Shown: positions 37,502 through 46,392, counted from the stretch's first letter. The stretch is 64,000 nucleotides of DNA from Sulfurimonas sp. (GCF_041583195.1 NZ_JBFHGL010000009.1:32481-96480), one strand, 5' to 3'. Translations and numbers: made by a program. Notes: a model not told the origin generated them from the sequence alone.

Positions 37502-39840
37502 TCTTTTGCCTTTGATGTTTGATTTATATGTGAGTTTTTAATAATTGATGAAAACTCCTTTGTATATGTATTACGTTCAGACTCATCCATAAAAAAATCG
37601 AATCGTCCTATATCTCTTTGCAAATTCATAAGATCTTTTAAAAACTGATAAATAGCACTTGCAGATTTTTGATCAGCTAAAATAGTCTCATTTTGAGCTA
37701 CAAGTAGATCTGTCATGGAACGAGTCCCTTTTGCATAATTATTTTGTACAAGTTCAAAACTTTTCTTTGCCGACTTTGCTGCCTGTTGTGTAAGTTTTAT
37801 GGAAGGAAAACTAGAGCGGACAGTATGAAGGTCATATCGGATTTGTCGTTCTATTGAGTTTTTTTCTAGCTCCTTTGATAATTCTAACTGCTGTAATTTA
37901 AGTTGCGAATATGAGGAACGTGCACTTCTAGCACTTCCTTCATATAAAGGGAGGGAAAGAACAACACTTGCGCTCCAATTAGTTTGATCTTCTAAATTAA
38001 TAGTTGATGATGGATCTCGTTTTTCATCAAAAACTCTGGACATCTCGCCAACAAATTCAATATTAGGTGAGAAGTAAGCTCTTCGGTCCGACGTAAGCTT
38101 GCGCTTTTGTGCAGCTATATAACCGTTATACATCTGTAATTCAGATGCACTTTTTAAGCCCTCTTCAACAAAATAATCATTAATTAACTTAATATCATTT
38201 TCATTTGTAATTAAAGATAGTAGTTCTTTGTTACTAACAAGCAAATAAGGATCGTTTAACGTTGCAGGCACAGTTTTTATTCTCTTTGTTATAGGACGAT
38301 GTAATATATAGTTAAGTCCATCTTGTGCTTGTTGGACAGCTACTTTTGCCTGATGTACACGTTGTTTTGAAGTAGCAATTCTGCTCTCCCAATGATACAT
38401 ATCTGATAGGTCGGAAGTTCCCGCTTCAACACGAGCTTGTGCCATCTCTAAATTAGACTTGGTAAGTTTTAAATTTTCTTTTTCAACTTTTAATTGCGTT
38501 TGGGCTATAAGTATATTTAAAAACATTGTACTTGCCTGTTCCACAATATCCATCTCCAAAGTACGTTGTTGCGCCACTGTGGCAGCTTTCACTTTTTTTT
38601 GTATCTCTAAAGCAGCCAAAGCTTTTTCTGAAAAAAGTATCTGATGAAGTTTAATAGCACCAGTAGAGCTTTTCTCTGCATAAAAACCGTTTTTTACATA
38701 AATATTATCACTATTTTGCTGTGTATATGAAAGATCAGCTCTAATTTGAGGAAGTAATACTGAGCGAACTTCTTTGATATTTTCATCTTCTAGTTTTATT
38801 CCCAACTTTCCTGCAATAATATTAAGATTGCTTTTTATTGCAAGTTTTGCAACATCGCTTAAACTAAATGAATCTTCAATATCAGCTTCATCGTCTTCTA
38901 TTATTTTTGCTTTGCTTAGAAGGTTAAAAGAAGGATAAACACCAATCTTGTTTGTAGTTTTTAAATTAATTATTAGTTGATGTTTATCTTCAAATTTAGT
39001 AGGCAGGTTTTCAGGACTTTTACCTCGTAATACAGATTGAATATTTAGTGCTAATTGTCTAACTCTTCTAGATATATTCTCAGTCGATACTGATGACATC
39101 ATTATCCCATCATAAACACTTAGCTCATCTCCAAAAGAGTAACTAGGAAGTTGCTTTATCACTAAAGCGTCTATTAAATTTTGTTTAGATGTACTACTTA
39201 AAGATGGAAGCGGTGTAAGCATAACGGCCTGAGTGTCTTTAGGCAATTGTTCAAGTGGATTTTTAGAGCCGCTTATAATTACATTAAGTTCTATACCTTT
39301 ATTTATAGTAGATTTTTTCAAACCATTCATTGCGATAGGAAGCGAAGATGAGAGTTTTTCATCTACAATCAATGTCATTTTCTTAAAAGTTGCAACGTCC
39401 AAAAAGTTTTTAATTGCAGTATCAAAAGGTGTACTAAAAGCAAGATAGTTCATATTTTTTTTAGTAACTTGTAATTGCTCTTCAAATAGTAATAAGTAGG
39501 GTGCTAAAGTAGGTTTATTTAGGTCTTTTGCTTTAAAAGCAGTATTAGCAGACACAAGACCAATCGTTATGGTCATATCAATATTTGGATCATTTTGTAT
39601 GTTTTGTAAAGTATCTTGCGCTTTAGAAACTGACCAGTCAATGATAATAGGTTTCATAAAACTAACTTTAAATTCACCCTGTGTCATAACTTCCAACTCT
39701 GTTGAGATTTCATCTTTTATCTTTTTATACTGAGAAGTTTGTGCATCCATTACAATTGCAATATTTACATCCGAATAAAGTGGTGCAGACCATAAGCTTA
39801 TAGTTGTTAAAGCTATAAATAAAAATAGTTTAATCTTCAT
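37498..39840 (-). CDS. TolC-family outer membrane channel with ~300 aa N-terminal periplasmic-binding-like domain
   Basis: 780 aa; C-terminal OEP repeats (LLPQIRA, LSLPLYEGSAR, GTRSMTDLLVAQ); N-terminal domain resembles ABC substrate-binding proteins. Confidence 0.8.
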   Translation of the reverse strand: MKIKLFLFIALTTISLWSAPLYSDVNIAIVMDAQTSQYKKIKDEISTELEVMTQGEFKVSFMKPIIIDWSVSKAQDTLQNIQNDPNIDMTITIGLVSANTAFKAKDLNKPTLAPYLLLFEEQLQVTKKNMNYLAFSTPFDTAIKNFLDVATFKKMTLIVDEKLSSSLPIAMNGLKKSTINKGIELNVIISGSKNPLEQLPKDTQAVMLTPLPSLSSTSKQNLIDALVIKQLPSYSFGDELSVYDGIMMSSVSTENISRRVRQLALNIQSVLRGKSPENLPTKFEDKHQLIINLKTTNKIGVYPSFNLLSKAKIIEDDEADIEDSFSLSDVAKLAIKSNLNIIAGKLGIKLEDENIKEVRSVLLPQIRADLSYTQQNSDNIYVKNGFYAEKSSTGAIKLHQILFSEKALAALEIQKKVKAATVAQQRTLEMDIVEQASTMFLNILIAQTQLKVEKENLKLTKSNLEMAQARVEAGTSDLSDMYHWESRIATSKQRVHQAKVAVQQAQDGLNYILHRPITKRIKTVPATLNDPYLLVSNKELLSLITNENDIKLINDYFVEEGLKSASELQMYNGYIAAQKRKLTSDRRAYFSPNIEFVGEMSRVFDEKRDPSSTINLEDQTNWSASVVLSLPLYEGSARSARSSYSQLKLQQLELSKELEKNSIERQIRYDLHTVRSSFPSIKLTQQAAKSAKKSFELVQNNYAKGTRSMTDLLVAQNETILADQKSASAIYQFLKDLMNLQRDIGRFDFFMDESERNTYTKEFSSIIKNSHINQTSKAKE

Positions 39841-39854
39841 TATAACACTCCCTC

Positions 39855-40445
39855 CTATCTGTTTTTAATAAGTAATAAAAAACTTTCTAAAAGTTCATCG
39901 TTTTTTTGCATTAAGTCATCATTTACAATGACCCAGTGTTTAACCATGGCAGTACTAATACTATCATATAATAATGTCATTTCCAATGAACTCTTTGAGG
40001 TAGTTATGTGTTTTCTCAAAGGCTCCATAATATTTTCGCTGATAAATCTATATACTTCCATCATTACATCGTCTTCATCGGCAAAGTTGTAAGTATTTAC
40101 ATAGAACAAAGGATGATTTACACCTAAATGCAGTACATTTTTATGAGAGATAAAAGCTTGAAACTTAATATTTGTTAGAATTTTAAGTTTTTCATACGGG
40201 TCATTTACATCTTTAATATTTTTTTCTAACATCTCCAGATAATAATCAATTTGATTCAGTATATAGTTGTTATATAGATTTTCTTTTGAACCAAAAAGCG
40301 TATAAATAGAGCCAACCGACACTCCTACATTAGAAGCTAATTCAGCTACTTTCATATTCTCATAACCCTCTTTTTGAAAGAGTTTTGACGCTTCTTCAAG
40401 TATTAAGTCTCTTTTTAGTTCTTTTACTTTTTTTTTTAAACTCAT
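39855..40445 (-). CDS. TetR-family regulator
   Basis: ILEEASKLFQKEGYENMKVAELASNVGVSVGSIYTLFGSKENL. Confidence 0.92.
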   Translation of the reverse strand: MSLKKKVKELKRDLILEEASKLFQKEGYENMKVAELASNVGVSVGSIYTLFGSKENLYNNYILNQIDYYLEMLEKNIKDVNDPYEKLKILTNIKFQAFISHKNVLHLGVNHPLFYVNTYNFADEDDVMMEVYRFISENIMEPLRKHITTSKSSLEMTLLYDSISTAMVKHWVIVNDDLMQKNDELLESFLLLIKNR

Positions 40446-40485
40446 GCACTTTTCCTTTGAACTCTTATAGTCATTTTAGTGCAGT

Positions 40486-40520
40486 AATTCATAAAATGAA
40501 CTTAATTCATTTTATGAATT
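40486..40520. promoter_or_regulatory. 35-bp inverted repeat, double TetR operator candidate
   Basis: AATTCATAAAATGAA-CTTAA-TTCATTTTATGAATT: perfect 15-bp arms, each containing TTCAT-N3-ATGAA. Confidence 0.75.
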
Positions 40521-40646
40521 TATTTAAAAAAAAACAAAAATCAAAATATATTACAGATAAAATTATAGAACTGTATGTTATTATAAAATATTTTAAAATA
40601 TTACAGATAAGGTTATGCAGTTTACAATTGCTTAAAGGTATGGATT

Positions 40647-41312
40647 ATGATAGAGCTCAAAAATGTAGAAAAATACTTTTACAAAGGTGAAGAACGTGAA
40701 GTTCATGCTCTAAATGATGTCAACTTAAAGATTGAAGACGGTGAATTCTCAGTACTTACTGGTACAAGTGGGTGCGGGAAGACTACACTTTTAAATGCTG
40801 TAGGTTTACTTGACAATATAACAAGTGGTGAGATATATCTCGATGGCAATGAACTGGCACATCTAAGTGATGAAGAAAAAACAAAAATACGCTTAGAGAA
40901 AATGGGCTTTGTATTTCAAGCGTACAACCTCATCCCCGTTTTGAGTGTAAAAGAAAACATAGCGTTTATTATGCGCCTTCAAGGTTATGACAGTAAACAG
41001 ATAGATAAAAGAGTAGATGAACTTGCAGAGCTTTTAGAGATCAAAAGCAAGCTGGATTCTCTTCCATCCTTACTTAGCGGAGGACAGCAGCAGCGCGTTG
41101 CAGTTGCCCGTGCAGTTGCAACAAAACCAAAGATCATACTTGCAGATGAACCAACGGCAAATCTGGATCATAAAAACTCAGAGGCACTTATGAAGATGAT
41201 GAAAGAGCTTAACGAAAAAGAAAAAATAACGATTTTATTTGCTTCACATGATGATTATGTTGTAGAATTAGCAAAAAAAGTCATTCACCTTAAAGATGGA
41301 AAGGTACTCTAA
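40647..41312 (+). CDS. LolD/MacB-type ABC ATP-binding protein
   Basis: GTSGCGKTT, GFVFQAYNLIP, LSGGQQQRVAVARA, LADEPTANLD, SHD. Confidence 0.93.
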   Translation: MIELKNVEKYFYKGEEREVHALNDVNLKIEDGEFSVLTGTSGCGKTTLLNAVGLLDNITSGEIYLDGNELAHLSDEEKTKIRLEKMGFVFQAYNLIPVLSVKENIAFIMRLQGYDSKQIDKRVDELAELLEIKSKLDSLPSLLSGGQQQRVAVARAVATKPKIILADEPTANLDHKNSEALMKMMKELNEKEKITILFASHDDYVVELAKKVIHLKDGKVL

Positions 41313-42465
41313 GAAAATGGAACTTTTACCTATAAGCTCAGATAAAAGGGTTCAAAGAGAGCAAGTCAGACTTCTTTATGCTCAAGGTAGTATTATCCAG
41401 ATTTTAGGGGTAGTATCATCTTTTATTATTTTGGCAATTTTATGGAATGCCATAGAGCATAGCATGTTGTTTATATGGCTTTGTGTAAATGTATCTATTT
41501 ATCTTGTAAGGTTGTTTTATGTAAAGAAGTTCTCTAAAATCTACAAAACAAATTTCGATATAAACAAGTGGAAAAACATCTACATAGTATCAACATTCAT
41601 TTCAGGTGTCTCTTGGGGTACACTTGCTCTGTTTTTAGATAGTTCCTGGAGTGCTTCTCATCAACTGGCTCTGTTTATTTTGTATGTCGGAATCACAGCA
41701 GGAGCTTTTAACACTAACTCTTCCGTATTTGTATCATACCTGGCTTTTTACATACCTCCAATACTTATGCTTTTATATTCAACTATAAAACAAAGTAGCG
41801 GTCTACCTTACGAACTTGTATTTTTGATCATAATATATATGATATTAATGTACATGACATCACTAAAATTTCACAACCATTTGGTAAATCTACTCGAACT
41901 TCGATTTCAAAACGAAGAACTTGCAACAGACTTGAAACTTGCTAACAATAAACTATCTCATCTAGCAGATATAGATGAGCTTTCTCAAATACATAACAGA
42001 AGATCAATGAACAAGTTTTTACTACAAGAGTGGAACTGGCACCATGAAGAGAAAAAACCGCTCTCTTTGCTTATGATAGATATAGACTTTTTTAAACAGT
42101 ATAACGATACCTACGGTCATTCTGAGGGTGACAGATGTATTTTGGAAATTGCTAAAATTCTTAAAAAGAACATCCGCTCAGACATCGATTTAGCTTCAAG
42201 ATACGGTGGAGAGGAATTTGTAGTTATCTTACGCGACACAGATGAGCTGGAGGCTTTAAACATAGCACAAAGAATATCTTTAAATGTACTTTCTAAACAG
42301 ATAGAACACGCATGTTCAGAAGTATCTGATTACCTAACTGTAAGCATAGGTTTAAGCACTATGATACCCAATATCTTGGATGAAGAGGTAAGGATATTTG
42401 ATCTTGCAGATTCAAGACTATATAAAGCTAAAGAAAATGGGCGAAACCAAATAGTGTATTCATAA
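41296..42465 (+). CDS. Membrane-anchored diguanylate cyclase
   Basis: About five TM helices; DIDFFKQYNDTYGHSEGD, RYGGEEF; start may be ATG 41317. Confidence 0.9.
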   Translation: MERYSKKMELLPISSDKRVQREQVRLLYAQGSIIQILGVVSSFIILAILWNAIEHSMLFIWLCVNVSIYLVRLFYVKKFSKIYKTNFDINKWKNIYIVSTFISGVSWGTLALFLDSSWSASHQLALFILYVGITAGAFNTNSSVFVSYLAFYIPPILMLLYSTIKQSSGLPYELVFLIIIYMILMYMTSLKFHNHLVNLLELRFQNEELATDLKLANNKLSHLADIDELSQIHNRRSMNKFLLQEWNWHHEEKKPLSLLMIDIDFFKQYNDTYGHSEGDRCILEIAKILKKNIRSDIDLASRYGGEEFVVILRDTDELEALNIAQRISLNVLSKQIEHACSEVSDYLTVSIGLSTMIPNILDEEVRIFDLADSRLYKAKENGRNQIVYS

Positions 42466-42466
42466 T

Positions 42467-43546
42467 ATGAAGAGTTTACTAAGCATACTTTTATTTGGAT
42501 CTATTTTATTTGCCGATGTGGACTACAAAATTGAAAACTCAAATATACAGGTCAACGAAGCCTACTCATACAACTACAACCGATTAAGACTAAACCTAAA
42601 CTATGCAGAGGATCAATACTTTACAACCATGATTGCTGATGGTGTAAACTACTATGGAAAAAGCTATATAGATTCAACTGAGTTTGCTTTGTTTAAAACT
42701 ATAAAATCCGACACACCTGTATCTACCCAAACAAACTTCAAGGATTACGGCAAAGGTGAAACCTATGCAAAACTATACAGACTGTACGGTGGTTATGAAG
42801 ATAACAAAAACCGCCTAAGCATAGGTCTTCAAAACATTACTATGGGTGTTGGAAGGTTTTGGAACCCGACAAATCTTTTTAATCCTAAAAACATATATGC
42901 AATAGAGCCTGATGAAACGTTTGGCGTTACTGCCATGAGTTATACAAGACATATGAGTGATGCAAGCGACCTCAGTCTTATCGGCTCTATTAGAGATGAT
43001 AAAAGTTTTAAATATGCAGCAAGATTTAAAAGCTTTTTAGAACAAGTTGAAGTTGGAATAAACCTGCTTGTTAGTGATCAGACAAAGATGGTAGGATATG
43101 AGCTTGAAGCTAACCTTTTTGACACGGGAGTTGAAGTTAGAAGTGAGGGTGCATATATATCTTCAAAACTCAACTTTGTCCCTAAAGATACGGAGTTTTA
43201 TCAGGCTGTTTTCGGAGCTGACTATGGTTTTGTAAACGGTGTAAACCTTACAGTTGAATCACTTTACAGCTCAAAAGAGTTTAATGACGTGCAGATACTT
43301 TCAAACCTAAACTCAGAGATCATCCAAAACATGACAAACTCGAAGTTTTATGCAGGGGCTAGTCTTTCTTACACGTTTAATATATTTTTAGACGGCTCAA
43401 TACTCTACATAGATAGTTTTGACTCTTATGATCCGTTTAGTTCTGCAACACTAACTTATACACTAAACGACTATAACTCGTTTATAATTGGGGTCATGGC
43501 TCAGGATGATGAAACTTACTACCTTAAATGGCAGCTTTCTTTTTAA
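42467..43546 (+). CDS. Hypothetical outer-membrane beta-barrel protein
   Basis: Signal peptide, GLQNITMGVGRFWNPTN motif, alternating beta pattern, C-terminal YLKWQLSF. Confidence 0.7.
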   Translation: MKSLLSILLFGSILFADVDYKIENSNIQVNEAYSYNYNRLRLNLNYAEDQYFTTMIADGVNYYGKSYIDSTEFALFKTIKSDTPVSTQTNFKDYGKGETYAKLYRLYGGYEDNKNRLSIGLQNITMGVGRFWNPTNLFNPKNIYAIEPDETFGVTAMSYTRHMSDASDLSLIGSIRDDKSFKYAARFKSFLEQVEVGINLLVSDQTKMVGYELEANLFDTGVEVRSEGAYISSKLNFVPKDTEFYQAVFGADYGFVNGVNLTVESLYSSKEFNDVQILSNLNSEIIQNMTNSKFYAGASLSYTFNIFLDGSILYIDSFDSYDPFSSATLTYTLNDYNSFIIGVMAQDDETYYLKWQLSF

Positions 43547-43553
43547 AAACTAA
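43546..43553 (+). repeat. 8-bp direct repeat AAAACTAA, right copy (candidate island junction)
   Basis: Identical to 28488-28495; begins in the last base of the OMP stop codon. Confidence 0.45.
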
Positions 43554-43621
43554 TTTAGATAATATCAAGTCAAATAGTATACAATGCTATTTGGACAAAA
43601 TGAAATAAGGAAATACTTAAA

Positions 43622-43819
43622 ATGAATACAAAAAAACTTATAATATTTATACCAATAATTCTTTTTATGGCTTTGTTTACAGGATGTACATATAAAGCTT
43701 GGTATCAAGGTGGGCAAAGCAGTGCAAAACAAGACTGTCATCGTAAACCAGCCAGTGCAGTTGATGAATGTTTAAAAAATCTTAATACAAAAACGTATGA
43801 AGAGTATAAAAAGAAATGA
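43622..43819 (+). CDS. Small lipoprotein
   Basis: Lipobox LFTGC; two further Cys; AAGG SD; stop overlaps next start. Confidence 0.7.
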   Translation: MNTKKLIIFIPIILFMALFTGCTYKAWYQGGQSSAKQDCHRKPASAVDECLKNLNTKTYEEYKKK

Positions 43820-44217
43820 TATATATAAATAAAATACTAATTTTCACATTCTTATTATATGCTATATCTATAAATGTATTAGCAAATGATGCAAAGCTTC
43901 ATCAAGCTTATCAAAACAAATATAGTGACCTTCAAATTCAAGGTAGTGGGACAGTTATCCGTATATTACCTGATGATAATAAAGGTTCTAGACATCAAAA
44001 GTTCATTGTAAAACTAAAGAGTAATCAAACATTGCTTATATCCCATAATATAGATTTATCAAATCGTATTTCAAATCTAAAGATTGGTGATACAGTGGAG
44101 TTTTATGGAGAATATGAATGGAACCATAAAGGCGGCGTTATTCATTGGACACATAAAGATCCTAAAAACAGGCACGTTCACGGTTGGTTAAAACATAGAG
44201 GTAAAACTTACGACTAA
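43816..44217 (+). CDS. DUF3465 (OB-fold-like) exported protein
   Basis: G.G.V.RILPDDNKGSRHQKF, LISHNIDL, GEYEWN.KGGVIHWTHKDP. Confidence 0.8.
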   Translation: MIYINKILIFTFLLYAISINVLANDAKLHQAYQNKYSDLQIQGSGTVIRILPDDNKGSRHQKFIVKLKSNQTLLISHNIDLSNRISNLKIGDTVEFYGEYEWNHKGGVIHWTHKDPKNRHVHGWLKHRGKTYD

Positions 44218-44223
44218 ATATAT

Positions 44224-46311
44224 TTAAGCTTCTTCATCCATCTTGTCCATCTCTTTTTGGATAAGTGCACGGTAATTCTCATCTTTAGGTACAAGCCCCG
44301 CTTCATATAAAAACTGACTCGCTACAAAGTTTGTCTTTTTGATCTTGTCATACTTTGCATAGCTTAGGTAGAGTATATCTTTAGCCCTAGTAACGGCTAC
44401 ATAAAAAAGTCGTCTCTCTTCATCAAGACTTCCGCCTCTTTGCATCAGCTTGCGGTTTGGAAAACGCCCATCCATAAGATCAATCACGTAAACTTCTTTG
44501 TACTCAAGCCCTTTAGAAGCGTGAACGCTAAGAAGGTTTACACCCTCCCCTTGCGTTAGATCGGATGATCCAAGGATCATTGCATTTAAAAATCTTTCAT
44601 GGTTATCATACGGGCGTGAAAGGTCTTCAAGCAGAAGCATTTTTCGCTTTATCTTTGTGTTTGAGTCTGCTTTTTGTTTCTCGTCAATCGTGCCGTCTTT
44701 AAGTGTAGCTCTTTTCGTACTAAGCACGTCAGATATATATGCAAACAGATCGGATTCGTATATTTTCTTTACGATCGTTCTTGGCTGTTTGATCCCTTTT
44801 AAACTACGAAATAGCAGATAAAAGTTATGTAAAAAAGTAGCCGAATCTTTTGTAAGTTTTGGGTGTTTTAACACAGGGTTTTTCATAAACTTTGCTTCAA
44901 ACCCGAGCTTTGCAAATTTACCAACGGCACCCAGTTCTAAAAAGTCATCAAACAATCCTAACTGATGGTTTAACTTACGCTTTTCAAAAGGATTTTTTAT
45001 AGATTCATCTGGTGCATAAAGACCGTAAATCATGCTACCGTTACCAACATTTTTTAAAGCCAAATACATCTCTTTGGCCATGGCTGAACCTATACCTCTA
45101 ACAAACTCAAATACATGTATAAAAGCCATCATATCAGATTCATTTACTAAAAGAGTATAGAGATCAAGTACTGCTTTAACTTCACGTGCATCAAAAAAGC
45201 TTGTACCGCCCTTTCTTTTACACCCTATTCCAAGTTCTCTTAAACCAACTTCGATCCCATCAGCCGTTGAATTGTTTCTAAAGATCACGGCAATATCTTC
45301 ATGAGGTGTCTGAGTGTCACGTATTTTTGTGGCTATAGCATGGTACTGATCAAAAAGCTCATCATATGCTAAAAGTTTAGGAGACTCAAAGTTACCTTGT
45401 CTTGTTACTTCAAGCTGCTTTGGATAGATGCGCTCATTATGTTCGATCACCTTAGATGCAAGAGATAGAATAAGCGGAGATGAACGGTAGTTCTTAGTTA
45501 AAGTATGAACCTTAGCCTGAGGAAACTTTGTATTAAACGATCCGATGATCGTTATATCTGCTCCGTTAAATGCATATATACTCTGATCATAATCACCGAC
45601 ACAAAAGAGTGACGGAGGATTCATAGCATCTATGATCGTTCCTTGAAGCGCGTTTGTATCTTGGTACTCATCTACAAGAACTTCTTTGTAGCCAAGGTCT
45701 TTAGTTTTACACATATCCCTAAAATTTAAAAGAAGATCGTTAAAGTTTACAAAACCATACTCTTGTTTTAGTTTTTCAAACTCATCAACTACATCTGCGT
45801 ATATTAAGGCAAACAGCTCATGTTCAGGGTAGTTTTCTATGATCCAAGATTCAAAATCATTAGTAAGTTCCGTATTTTGGTAGAAAGAGTAAAGATCATA
45901 CAGATAGTTTCCACCATATGGCTGAACTTCTGCATCTATGTTCATAAATGAACGTTTCTCAAACACACTTCTAAATAGTGTTTTTAACTCACGCTGTTGT
46001 TTTAGAACAACTTTTTTATCAAATTTTTTAAGCCATCTGTAGCTTACCGCATGAAAAGTTCCAGCATCTATTTTACCTGCTACATCTTTACCGAAATACT
46101 CAGCAACACGCGACACCATCTCGGCTGCTGCTTTATTTGTAAAAGTTAAAAGCAGTATCTCATTTGGTTTTATGCCAGAGTTTAAAAGGTATGCAATTCT
46201 TCCTACGATTGTAGATGTTTTTCCTGTACCGGCTGAGGCTATGATCAGGTTCTCATTGTCTCTCGAAGTTGCAGCATTGTATTGTTCTTGATTTAGGCGT
46301 GATAAAGGCAT
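44224..46311 (-). CDS. UvrD/Rep/PcrA-family ATP-dependent DNA helicase
   Basis: ASAGTGKT, LTFTNKAA, VDEYQDTN, VGDYDQSIY, NYRS, HASKGLEY, EERRLFYVAVTRA; start taken at MPLSRL. Confidence 0.93.
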   Translation of the reverse strand: MPLSRLNQEQYNAATSRDNENLIIASAGTGKTSTIVGRIAYLLNSGIKPNEILLLTFTNKAAAEMVSRVAEYFGKDVAGKIDAGTFHAVSYRWLKKFDKKVVLKQQRELKTLFRSVFEKRSFMNIDAEVQPYGGNYLYDLYSFYQNTELTNDFESWIIENYPEHELFALIYADVVDEFEKLKQEYGFVNFNDLLLNFRDMCKTKDLGYKEVLVDEYQDTNALQGTIIDAMNPPSLFCVGDYDQSIYAFNGADITIIGSFNTKFPQAKVHTLTKNYRSSPLILSLASKVIEHNERIYPKQLEVTRQGNFESPKLLAYDELFDQYHAIATKIRDTQTPHEDIAVIFRNNSTADGIEVGLRELGIGCKRKGGTSFFDAREVKAVLDLYTLLVNESDMMAFIHVFEFVRGIGSAMAKEMYLALKNVGNGSMIYGLYAPDESIKNPFEKRKLNHQLGLFDDFLELGAVGKFAKLGFEAKFMKNPVLKHPKLTKDSATFLHNFYLLFRSLKGIKQPRTIVKKIYESDLFAYISDVLSTKRATLKDGTIDEKQKADSNTKIKRKMLLLEDLSRPYDNHERFLNAMILGSSDLTQGEGVNLLSVHASKGLEYKEVYVIDLMDGRFPNRKLMQRGGSLDEERRLFYVAVTRAKDILYLSYAKYDKIKKTNFVASQFLYEAGLVPKDENYRALIQKEMDKMDEEA

Positions 46312-46392
46312 GGCGGAATTATACAGTTTTAAATTTGAATTCAATTTAATCTACTATAATTCTTGTAAATAGCTATATAATAAGAAAATACA

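Larger units (their letters stand above)
28496..43553. mobile_element. Putative integrated, circularly permuted ~15 kb island (no recombinase gene visible)
   Basis: Flanking 8-bp direct repeat; the reconstructed circle joins the OMP stop to the SD/ATG of the LolA-like gene; the reconstructed empty site gives EI24 an in-frame stop. Confidence 0.45.

Noticed and set aside
43547-44223. Integron-cassette interpretation of the lipoprotein/DUF3465 pair
   Set aside because: No attC-like RYYYAAC...GTTRRRY boundaries or long imperfect palindrome and no integrase.
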